This document shows positions 35,601-47,600 of a DNA stretch of 64,000 nt, piece after piece. The first letter of the stretch is position 1. Each line of letters begins with the position of its first letter. The translations under genes and the position numbers were made by a program. The DNA lies in contig NC_133618.1 in NCBI RefSeq assembly GCF_048593235.1, positions 440,986,947 through 441,050,946 of the forward strand. The letters are read 5' to 3'. The DNA comes from Sminthopsis crassicaudata (taxonomy: Eukaryota). The notes beneath the pieces are model-generated. The model saw only the letters and a list, made by a program, of their open reading frames with translations, was not told the DNA's origin and did not search any database.

Positions 35601-38600
35601 TTAAGAGCAGTCATCTGTAGGATCATGGATTAGAATAGGCACATGAAGGAAGGAAAGAAAGCTGTTGGGCAAACCCAAGTTTCAAACTAGTGGGGTTTGG
35701 GCCAAATAGGAGAAAGTTAATAAGTAGAACAGATGATAGGATCCAAGCAGAGCCAAAGGGGAAGCTGAGGAGGAGAGCACAAGATGGAATCAGAGGCTGC
35801 TGCAACCAGTGTCAGGAGGGGGCAATTTTGAAACCAAAGGAATTCACAGGATCCTGGTTCAATGCAATCTGCTTCTAGGAACCCAAGATTCTGAGTTTTG
35901 GAAAAGAAAAACTGATCATATCTACCTATCCTTTCTGGTAATTATTCTAATACATCAATTTTACTAGTTTTAACATTCTTGTGTATGAGTAAGGAGGTAC
36001 AGAGATCTAAGAAATGAAGGGAGATCAGAATCAAAATGCACTGCTGTCAGTCACATTTTTTTAGAGGGTTTTGTGTAACTTTTTTCATTTTGTTTTAGAG
36101 GAAGGTTCAATGTGGAAAAAGGGTTGTTGACTGAGAAGTGACTAATGTATTAAAACAAAATTTATCAATTAAAAAAATAACAACCCAATAGTAAGATCAA
36201 GCTACTTGAGTAACCTATTTAATAAAGAACCTTCTTTAAAATCTTTAATTTTTCTTTATATAGAACGTAGGAGGCAAAGTATTTCCCAAAGTTTAGTTCA
36301 ACTGGGTTTCACCAAAAATCACATACCCGACAGGGCATAGATCTCGTTCACATTAAACTCAACATTTCTCAAATTGTTGCACTCTCCTATTAACACTGGT
36401 TTGGGGAGTGGGGACAACACAGAGAATCTAAGAGCACCAAGACAGCTGAAGAACAACAAAGGGGTTTTCAGTGGTAGGGAGGGATAGTGATTAAATACAA
36501 AAAGACATCTGTATATGGAGAAGTAACTTCAGTAGAAAGATGCTAAAGAGGGAGTATATAGGAACTCCAAGAACAGACAGGTTGGAAGTAACCAAGAATT
36601 TTGAAATTAAAAAAAAGCAGGGGGAACTGAGAAAATGATCAACTTTGTCATTCTCTGATGATCTGGGTAAATCTCATAATTTCAATACAGCTTCTTATAA
36701 ATTTTTCTAAGAGTGACATGAAATCCTTTATAATGCCTGGAAACAAAGAGAGATAATAACCATGCACAGGAAGAGTGAAAACACTGGGGTTTTATTCATT
36801 AGTTCAGTACTTCTGAGGCTTGCCCTGAGGCTCAGGAGAGTAGGCCATTGGGAACTGTGCTTAAATCCTATCAGGCACTTACCAGGCCATCTAATTGCCT
36901 CCTGCCTGCTGAGCCTTTAGAACCTTTTCCTTCACTAGGGGGAGATGAGGAAACATTTGACGTTTTGGCAAGTCGATCTGATTGTGAAGAACTAGGCTCA
37001 GAAGTCATCTGGAGTGAAATGCTATCTCAATGATCTTGATCGTGGATCTGAATTAGTGGTCAGGTCACTGTCGGAGCAATATTACTACTTTTTTTTTTTT
37101 TTTTAAATAATCAACTGCTCTCTGTTCTGGAGGAGGTGGTCTCTCCAGTCACCACCTCTCCCGGGCATTCTAGAACACAGGATGACTGCACAATGTGACC
37201 ATTGCACAATTACCAAGAAGGCAGGGAGAAGATCTTCCTTTCTGCCATGTGTTTAACTGGTCTCTCCATTGTTAAAGCTGGGCATGATTACATGTTCTTT
37301 TAAGACTTCTACCTGTGGCACCCCAAAGTTCCTCCCAAACACACTTCTGTTATCAGCTGACTGTCCAATGAAGGGCAGACAACCAACATCTATCTGGTTG
37401 TCTTGTCATCATCTAAACGGAACAACCAAAAGTCTTCGATTTTCTTACCCAACTTTGCTATCATATTAGAAAGATCACAATTTTATTTATTTTTCTAAAA
37501 TTTATATATTTTTTCTGTTCCCAACTAAGTCTTAAGATTTTAAAGCTTCTGAGCAAGCCATCTTTAGGTTAATTTGCTCATTAATCAATAAACATTCATT
37601 AAATGTTTTTCCTCAGACCACTGTACTAGATGACAGTCCCTGTCCTCAAGGAGCTTACATTTTAGTAGAGCCAATGAAACACATCTAATTTTTAAATTTT
37701 TATTTTACCACTCCCGAATCATTACTCTATTGAACACTGACTGGAATCTGGAAGTCTTTTTATTTTTTTGTTATGCAAGGGTTTCTGCTATAATATGACA
37801 ATTTGACCAATGCAAAAATCATCTTCCCTGTTTGAGTATGCTATTCATTTTATTCTTTAAAGTTCTGAAGCAAAATAAATAAATAAATAAATAAAGTTTT
37901 GGAGTGATTTTCCAGATCTAGCCTCAAGTCTAATCTTCTTGGTTTTGACTTATCCATTGTCTAAGTTCTTGCATTGTTTTGTTCCAGCTTAATCCTTTTA
38001 ACCTGAATCAATGTTCTCCCAAACTCCTTCAATGAATTCCCCATTTCTAATAGATCTCCCACATCATCTTCCAAATATATACTGTGTTTACAATCATTTC
38101 TCACTTCACATATACCCAAAACACTCTTCACTTTCTTCTTCTCCTCACATAACTTTAACCTAATTATGAAGGAGATAAGGGTGACTTCTCAACTTAGTCC
38201 AAAAATAATTCAACCAAAATTAGTAAAAGAATAAAGGACAATAAAAAGAATTTTTGTGAGGTCACTTTGACTCCGTTAGAATATAAAAAGTGTAAGGGAA
38301 ATTCCCTAAAAAGTTTCTATCTAACTTCTATCTAGGATCAACTCTCTCCTAAGATTTCAACTATTAAAATTTTATCATGATTACAAATTTAGAGCTAGAA
38401 GGGGCATCAGATGCCATACAGTCCAACCCATTCATTATATAAATGAGGCTACTGAGATTGAAACAGGTTAAATAACCTACTATATTCATAAGGATAATAT
38501 CGTAAAATTTGAACTCAAGTTTTTCTTCACTTCAAATCTAACTTTATCCACTATTCCATACTGCCATCAACTTCTCATTTTGTGGATGAAGAACTGGGGC

Positions 38601-41600
38601 CAAAAGAAATGACTTACTCAAGATCACACAGCCATTATTAAGTCCAGAGGCATGCATGACCATAAGATACACCTTAAATGATTAAAAAAATTCAGAACTG
38701 TGTCTTAATCTAAATTTGCATTTTTATACCAAAGTTTAAAAGTTCATTTAAAAATTAAGTTCTATTTTCTTTAATTTGTTGAATAAATGAGTATTCAATA
38801 AATTTTGCCATTAAAAAAATTTCTCGTTGCAAACCCTAATGAGAAAGCTGCAGTACATGTTCATGAATAAGGGATACAGGCAAGATCTGAATTCAAGTTC
38901 TTGACCTCTAAATTTAGCATTCCTTCCACTGTATTAGGAATTCCATTTGAAACAGCTGCCTTATGATAAATTCAATGGCTTAAGAGATGGGTGGCTACTT
39001 CTAGATAGAGTTAAGATGGCAGCTGAAACAGCCAAATAGCAAGGAATGATGGTAACTTCCATAAAGAACAGGTGGCACTGCCCTTACAGAGAGCAGCTTA
39101 GATTCGATTAGCACTATAAGTGAAGACATAAGACTCCATAAAGGGCAAAATCAATTTTTACAGATTGGCAGGGAATAAGCTTTCCATTAACTGAATAGGT
39201 CATTGAAAAAAGATCAAGGACATTGGAAGTAATGGAACAAGAACTTTAATCAGCCCATTCTATCTATATTGTCAAGAATTTTAACCCACTCATCCTTTTC
39301 ATTATCATAGAGTTAGAATAACTTCAGAGATTATCTTGATGAGCATATTTAAGACAAACTCAAATAAGACAATCTCTATAAGAACCTGGAGCATTTGCCC
39401 TAGACTAGGCCCCTCCCTAACTGCCCTTACTTCTCAACTTTTCAAAGCATCTTGCTTAATCATACATGATTTCACCTGTGTGCTATGGTTGTGATGTCTC
39501 CTGAGTTTTCCACATTGTGAACTACTCTCTCTTTGTACAGGAGTACTTCATTTATCTGATATTTCTTCAGAAGGACTTCCAGAAGCTGAAGCCCTTGAGA
39601 CCCAGAGAAATAAATGTAGCGATACATATTTGGGAAGCCACAGGAAAGGAAGGATCATATTCAAATACTTCAATCAAAAAAATCACCTAAAATTTTCAAC
39701 TCTCATCAGTTAACAAAATTTTGTAAAAACTAGGAATTAAAGACATAACTTTGCTAAGCCACTTAGGGTGGAGGCACATGTGGTCTAGTTTTACAGGCTT
39801 ACCAGAATTTGTCTCCTAATGTGCTAGGATTTGAGCTGCAGACCATAATTTATCTAGTATGTTACTTGGCCTCTCAATAAACAAGAAATTACTCCATATT
39901 TTGTCATGCTCAAATTCCTCTGGGAATAAATATCAGATACAGACCATGCTGTAATGTCCAGTGCATTATTGCTATTTTCTTCTGTCATTCCGCAAATGGA
40001 GCGGGTGTTGGTTTGAAGCATTGTAAAGAGGTGAGAGCAGTTAGTTGCTTCGATAACTAGATCAACAACCCTGGAATCAGGAAGACCTTAATTTAAATTA
40101 GCCTCAGAAACTGTGTGACCATGAGTAAGTCACTTGACCTGTCTGCCTCAATTACCTCATCTGTAAAATAATCAAAAGAAGAAAATGGCAAACCTACAGT
40201 AACTTTGCTAAGAAAACATCAAATGGGTTGGAGATGACTGAAATCACTCAAGTCACATACAACCTGATCATAAATATTTACTACCAAGAGCCTTTCAGCC
40301 AGATACATTTTATATTCTTTGGAAGAGATGCTGTTTTTCTTCCCTTCCAGAGCATACAATCTAGGAAAAACCTATAATCACTTTAATAACTATCTGCTTG
40401 CCCACATCTCTGATGCAAAAAGACAATCAATGGTGACAGTATTCAAGGGAAAAATAGAATAAATCAGGTCTCAATCAATCTTACAGTAGGTGTGGAAATA
40501 ATAAGCTTTAACAGTCATGGAATGAACACTGATGATTTTAGATCTTCTGGGAAGCAAATTCCTTTTTTCTTGCATCCACTTTTAAGAATATCACCTCCAT
40601 CCACTGCTCTTTTTACCAAGATTCAAATGATAACATCTATTCACTTCAAAAAAATCATTAAGATTAATTCATTCAGGTAAATCAAAGAACCAAGAGACAG
40701 GGCTATTTTAATTAAATCTTACAATTACATGGCAGAAACAAAGGGGGATGGGGGGGGGAGAAGAAGTATACTACACTACACTACACACACACACACACTT
40801 GCAAAAAAAAAAAAAAATTTAGAACTGATATTTCCAATTGGGTTGAATCTCAGTCAGTTTTCTGAGGATTTTACTAAAGTAGGTTCTTGGGGTGAAGGAG
40901 AGTAGGTAAGAAGGGGTTTCTCAGCACAGCTCTGGAAGGATGCCTGGATTAAATGATTCAAGCTTCTTTCTTACAAACATAGTTCTTGGGACTCTACCAA
41001 CTCAAAAGCAAAGTGACACATTTTTGTCCTTTGTTTGCAACACTGAGTACAGATTGAATGCTTATATCTCCCTCAGGAATATCAAAGAAGTGGGAAAAAT
41101 ATCCTTCAGTTAGATTTTAGAGGCATTCTTTAGAAAAGTTAAAGCTGATCATTCACTGATAACCCCATTTCTAGGTTTCCTTAAGGCATCTCCCAAAGTT
41201 TTCAACTAAGAACCACATATGAATTCTAGTGGAATATCAAAAGAGAAAAACCTTTTCATAAATGATAAGCATAAAGGCTTGATGAATATTGAGTATAAAA
41301 ATAAAGGGCCCATAAAGAGAGCACTATGGTCATGGCTTTAAAAAATACAATCACAAAAATTGCATGTTAATTCTATATAGCCAGTGACAAATGTGCATGC
41401 CAACGCTTTAATTTTTTACTGCATCAGAACTGGGCCAAGAACCCATGGCCAGTGGTGTTCAGAACACAGTATTATCAAAGAATATTAAGATATTTTTACA
41501 AATATTTTTCCTGCAATTCAATTTAAACAATTGTTGCATGCTTTTATTTCTAAAATTCAACTTTATAAAAACATTCATGCTTCCCAATATGTTATCCACA

Positions 41601-44600
41601 TTCTATGTAGAACAAATGTTTTTGGAGAAAACTTTTCTAGATTCTTTTTCTGATTTCACAAGGCTCATCATTATGAAGTTTAATGTGATCCTTTTCCCAG
41701 GAAATGACATCTCTACTTAACTTAGCAAACCAACAAATCCATTTCTATAAGCTCATTCCAGTGCCTAAAACCACTATCAATAACTAAATCTGAATAATGC
41801 CTTTACCTAAATAACTAATTATTCAATTTCTGGTATCTGGGTCAGCAAGATTTCATCTATAGGAAACGTTTTGCCCACATCAGAGAGCTGGAGACTCTGT
41901 GGGCCAGAGGTGAATTTTAAAGCAGAAGTGGACAGTTTCCCATTCCTTAAGCTACTGGATTAGTCTTGGTATTCAGCAATCCAATGCTGGAATAATACAA
42001 GAGCACACCTTTATGGACCATCTGTCCTCTTCACCATTCTACTATGATGTGAGAAAGCACAGCATTATATATAATAGTATGAATCTGGATAGAATGTGGA
42101 TCAAAATGTGACAAAAGTGTGCTTTGCCAATGGGATTAGTTCTTTCTCCTAATATTAGAATGATAAACAGATCTGACTATATTCAATACTAAAAAAAGCA
42201 GTCTTGAAAATAACTACTTGTGCTGAGGGCTGGCAGCAGGGGAGTGGGTTTCTCAGAACGCTCTGTAACCACGAAGACTCAGAAATGGCTAATAAGTTCC
42301 TGCTTGCTACTCATGCTTTCCATATGGCCAGCTTTCAAAACTGCTGTCAGGGCATCCCACCAATACAAGTGGTCCCATAATGGATATATTACCCATTACT
42401 TTTTAACTTGTTCTTCCATAGGGATTAGAATATCCACAGAGTAGGAAGTAGAACAAGGATTCGGGAATCTTCTACTGTGTGCCAGGCATGTCCTAAGTGC
42501 TTTACAAATCTTACAACAAATTTTAGGTGGTATAAAAGCAGGATTGTTAATTGATACCTAAAATAAATTTTAAGCTGGTAATGGTCATATACAAAAAGCA
42601 TAGAACACTGTATAGGGAAAAAAAAAGGCGGGGGGGAGGAGTAAGGGATATATTTCCAATTTCTAAATAACAAGCAAGGAAAGTATTTGCATTTAACATT
42701 TAATGCATTTAACATTTTGAATTTTTACTAAAAAGGTTTTGTTATCAAAAAGTAACACCCCCCCCTCCTGTTTCCATGCAATGAAGGAAAACTTTATAGT
42801 TGAGAACTGTCTGATTATAAATGACTCAGGTAATATATAATATTATCATTTCAGGAAAGGAGATGTTAATCACAGAGAAAGAAATCAACACAGGCATCTA
42901 AAACAGAGAGAATACCTGGCAGGCAAATCCTTTAATAAGACAGTCAATTAAATAAATCTTGATTTTTTGAAAAAGGAAAGTTAGAGCCAAGAGTAACTAT
43001 GCAAAAAATTCCCTTATATTGGACACCACCATAAAAGATGATGTTCTTCAAAGATCCTGTACACAGCCCTCTTGGTGCTTGTACAGTCCTTACCTGACAG
43101 TCAAAGTCCTGGAAGTTTCGTGTACCATTCTGTCAACAGAAGGCAGAAAACACAGTCAGTTTCCCCAGAGGCTTCCCCAAATGTGCAACAAAATCAGTTT
43201 CACATTGAAAGCACAGCAAGTATAGCCCCTCGGTTGCCACAAGTCCCACAGTTCTCAGCAAAAGGCTTGAGATACATGGGTTAGTCAAGGATACAAAGAA
43301 CTGGATCTGGGAGGCAAGACTTATCTTAAGTACTTCATAATCAGAATAACTAGTAAAAGAACCTAGTTTTTCCCAGCAAGGTAAACTTGCAAATTGCCTA
43401 GAATATAGGCTTTAAAAGTTTGTGAAATGAAGGCAAAATAGCTGCCATCTGTACTAAAGTACAGTATATCTGCAACATGACAGGCAACAGCAGAGACTAG
43501 ATGGAGACCTGCCCTGAGGAAAAAAGAACAGCAATAGAAAGAGTGAAGAGAAGGAACAGATGTCCAAAGTCTGGTGAATACCAGTTACAGATGTGATGTG
43601 GAAGGGGAGCTGAAGAAGGAAAGAAGGTATGTGTGGACTACAAGTGAGTGAATTCATTTTTGAGAAAGAATACAAGGAATGTACAATTACAGGAGGAGAA
43701 AGGAGAAGGATAAAACAAAGTTTCAGCTACTGGCATAGAATCTATTGATTCTCTACAAGTGGCAAGAGGAAAAAAGGGATAGATTCATGAATTGTTTAAA
43801 GGGTGAGCCACAAGACAGCAAAGTTGCAGAAATGTCAATCATAAAACTCCTGGGAGTTTCGTTTGGGAGGCAAGAGTATAAGAATATAATAGGAGTGTAG
43901 TAAGAACAATGATGTCATTTTTGAAGAAATACTTAGGAAGAAGAGTAAGTTAACTTGATTTTGAGCCCCTTTTGTCTTGGGACAGTATGAGGTAGGGGAG
44001 AGTGGGATGTCAGTACATACAAACATGCTACTCACCTGTAACTTAGCTATCATATCAGATCTAGGGCACTGAGGGCAAACAACTTGACAACAGCCAAATA
44101 ACTAGTATCTTCTATGTGTCATGGGGCAGATCTTAAACCCAGTTCTTCCTGATTCCACGGCCAGATCTCTATCCCCTGCTACAATGCTTCATTGTGAATC
44201 AATAAGACTGCAAAACACTTTGCAATCTATCTGTAAACCCGAGTTTTCTTTAGTGGGGTAACACTCTACCAGTTAGAGAGGAGGCCTCCCCATTTGCCTG
44301 AAGAAGGTATGGAATAGTGGGACAGCTAGGTGGTGCAGTGGATAGAGCACCAGCCCTGAATTCAGGAGGACATTAGTTCAAATCTGGTCGCAGACACTTA
44401 ACCCCAGCCTCAGAGGGGAAGAAAAAAAAAAAAAGAGAGAAGGTATGGAATAATTGAGTTCCAAGAAGCTTTTCTGTTAGAGAAAATCTAGAAATCTGGC
44501 CAAATGGACATAACCATTTTCAGATGGACACGGGAAAGTTTTCTCCAAATCAATTTTCTTCCCTTTAGTTGATTTTACTACTGGCCAGGTGACAGCAAAA

Positions 44601-47600
44601 ACACAAGACAAAAGTTATTACCCTTGTAAAATCATAAAGAGAAGCAATTTATTCTTTTCAGAATGGTAAAATAATTTCATGTTTTTGGAAAAGTAGTTAT
44701 GACTAAACAACCCTAATTTCTCCAAAGGTGATAAAATTATATTAGATTCTCAGTAATGAGGAGACTTCACAGATGTCTACCAGGGAATAAGGTACTGCCA
44801 ATTCTGAGGTATAATCCCTTGGTATAAGACCTAATCTACACAATTGCTGACACCATAAAAGGCATGGAAGGAAAACTAAGGGGATATCCCACAGCCATCA
44901 TTTCGTAGCACACTACCAGAAGGATACCAGAAAAGGAAAAAGAGAGTAGTAAGCTTTTCGTGACAGTCATTCATCTTAGAAGGAACAGGAGAACAAACAT
45001 GAGGAAAGAACTTACTGTGTTTGACTGTCAGTAACATTTTGGACCTTAAGCAGAAGGAAGCACCTTCACCTATATATACAACAATGGATGGGTATTGGAA
45101 TAATTTTATTTAAAAGATTATCCAATAAAAAATGAAGCAAGCTAAATTTAAAAGCTAAGTAATTTTAATTGATGAGAATACTTTTTTTAAGGGCTTCATG
45201 TATTTTAGCATTAAGATGAAACTATCTTTTTCAAGAAGTGAAGCTTATCAATATAGAGCAGGGACAAAGCAAGTATTTAATACTACTATATGGTATTTTA
45301 AAACCTTTCAATTTTTTAAAGAAAAGCTTTACAAAACAGTTCAAAACAGATTTGATGAGGGTTTTCAGAGATTCTACAAATTGTTTAGAAAGAGCAGAAA
45401 ACAATCACTTGAACCACCTAGAGTCAGTCCAGAAACACTTAGAATGATTCAAATTCTCAGTTTCTGGGCTTTCCCTTTGCTGCCATTACTTACCATTTCA
45501 GTTCCATTGTGGACTCAATTCGAGAATTAACTTGTTTACTGGTTCTTAGTTCTCCATCCATTCTCAAGTTCAGTTAGTACTTTCTCCTGCCTTTATATTA
45601 GGGGACTTCCATATATATGCTGATGTTTCCTTCAAAACCCTAACTTTCCAATTCTTCAACTTCAGTCCTATGATCTAACTTTTCAAGTCCATTTCACACA
45701 CAGGAATGACAGGCCACAAATACCATTTCCCATGAGTGTTCCATAACCAAAAAAACCCAATAATCCTTTATTCAGCCAAAATCTTTTATTTCTTGCTTCC
45801 AAACCCTGCCTTAACCCACACATGTATACTCTGATCCCTTTACCTTCTGTATTTCTTAATCTTGACTTCCCAATACTCCTCCAGCTTCAGCTAAAATGAA
45901 CTGGAAGAATTTACATATTCAAATTGCCTGGGTCCACTAACCAAGACAAGGAAATCTTTTTACTCTTTCCTAATTGATTCTCTATCTTTTTGTCTAGAAA
46001 GATGAACTTTTTCTTTTCATCATCCCATATCATACTCTTTAGTCAGCTGAACACACTTCATACTTTAAGGGAAAATAGTTCCTTTGCCCAGAGCTTCTGA
46101 ATTTCCCTTTCTCTACATCTTTAGTTCCCCTATCATCCTTATCCACTCCTGCTCTTTTTACTCTAGCTTTTGACACAATTAATTCTATCTCTATATCTAT
46201 CTACCCTTAATCTTACTATCTCCTCTAGTCTTTTATAGATTGTCTTCATAATTATGTCTTTCCGATTTAATTTGCATCACCTTCTATCTACTGGTTCCTT
46301 CCATGCTGTCCAAACACGTTCGAGTTTCCCTGATCCTAAAATATTCCTTACTAGACCTGTATTAGCCAGCCAAAAAGATGGCTCTCAAGAGACATCCTCA
46401 AGATATCATCCTACAGCTTCCTCCTTTTCACAGCAAAATACCTAGAAAAAGCAAACTAACTTGCTGTTTATGATTCCTCTCTTCTCAGTTCTCTTTACAC
46501 TCTGATTACTGACCATATCAACTGAAAAGACTTTCTCCAAAAGTTACTAACAATCTCTTAGCTGACAAATCTAATGGGTACTTCTCAATTCTCATCCGAG
46601 TATTGGTCCAATTAACCTTGGTATTCATACTTCAACATTGCCCTCTGCCTCTCAATTTGGAGGGCAGAGCCATGAATTTCAAAACTTTCATTTAGGGAAG
46701 GGGTCCCCATGCCCCACTGGGCTGTACTCCTTTTGGATTTTTCTACCCTGTCCCCAGAAGTCTTATCAGTTGAGAAGCCTCATCATCCTGCTAAATCAAT
46801 CAGCCTTGGGACTCATACTTCACCTCAGTGCCTTTTGCCCCCTGATTGAAGGGTGGAAATACAACCTCTAAAAACTTCCACTTAAGAAGGGGTCTTGGCA
46901 ATTTTCAGATGACGAAATTAAAACTATTTCCACTCATATGAAAGAGTGTTCCAAATCACTATTGATCAGAGAAATGCAAATTAAGACAACTCTGAGGTAT
47001 CATTACACACCTGTCAGATTGGCTAAGATGACAGGAACAAATAACGATGAATGTTGGAGGGGCTGTGGGAAAACTGGGACACTGATACATTGTTAGTGGA
47101 GTTGTGAAAGAATCCAACCATTCTGGAGAGCAATCTGGAATTATGCCCCAGAAGTTATCAAAATGTGCATACCCTTTGACCCAGAAGTGCTTACTACTAG
47201 GCTTATATCCCAAGGAAATACTAAAGAAGGGAAAGGGACCTGTAAGTGCCAAAATGTTTGTGGCAGCCCTTTTCATAGTGGCTAGAAACTGGAAAATGAA
47301 TGGATATCCATCAATTGGAGAATGGTTGGGTAAATTATGGTATATGAATGTTATGGAATATTATTGTTCTGTAAGAAATGATCAACAGGAGGAAGACAGA
47401 GAGGAGCTAATCCAATTCCAATTGATCAATGATGGACAAAATCAGCTACATCCAGAAAAGGAACACTGGGAAATGAGTGTAAACTGTGAGCATTGTTTTT
47501 TTGTTTTGTTTTGTTTTTCTTCCCAGATTATTTTTACCTTGTGAATACAATCCTGCCTTTGCAACAACAACAACAACAACAACAACAAAATTCGGTTCTG

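Noticed and set aside
45016-45044. 29-nt cryptic exon ending in ACA|gtaagt
   Set aside because: The acceptor is a weak AAG and nothing else supports it.
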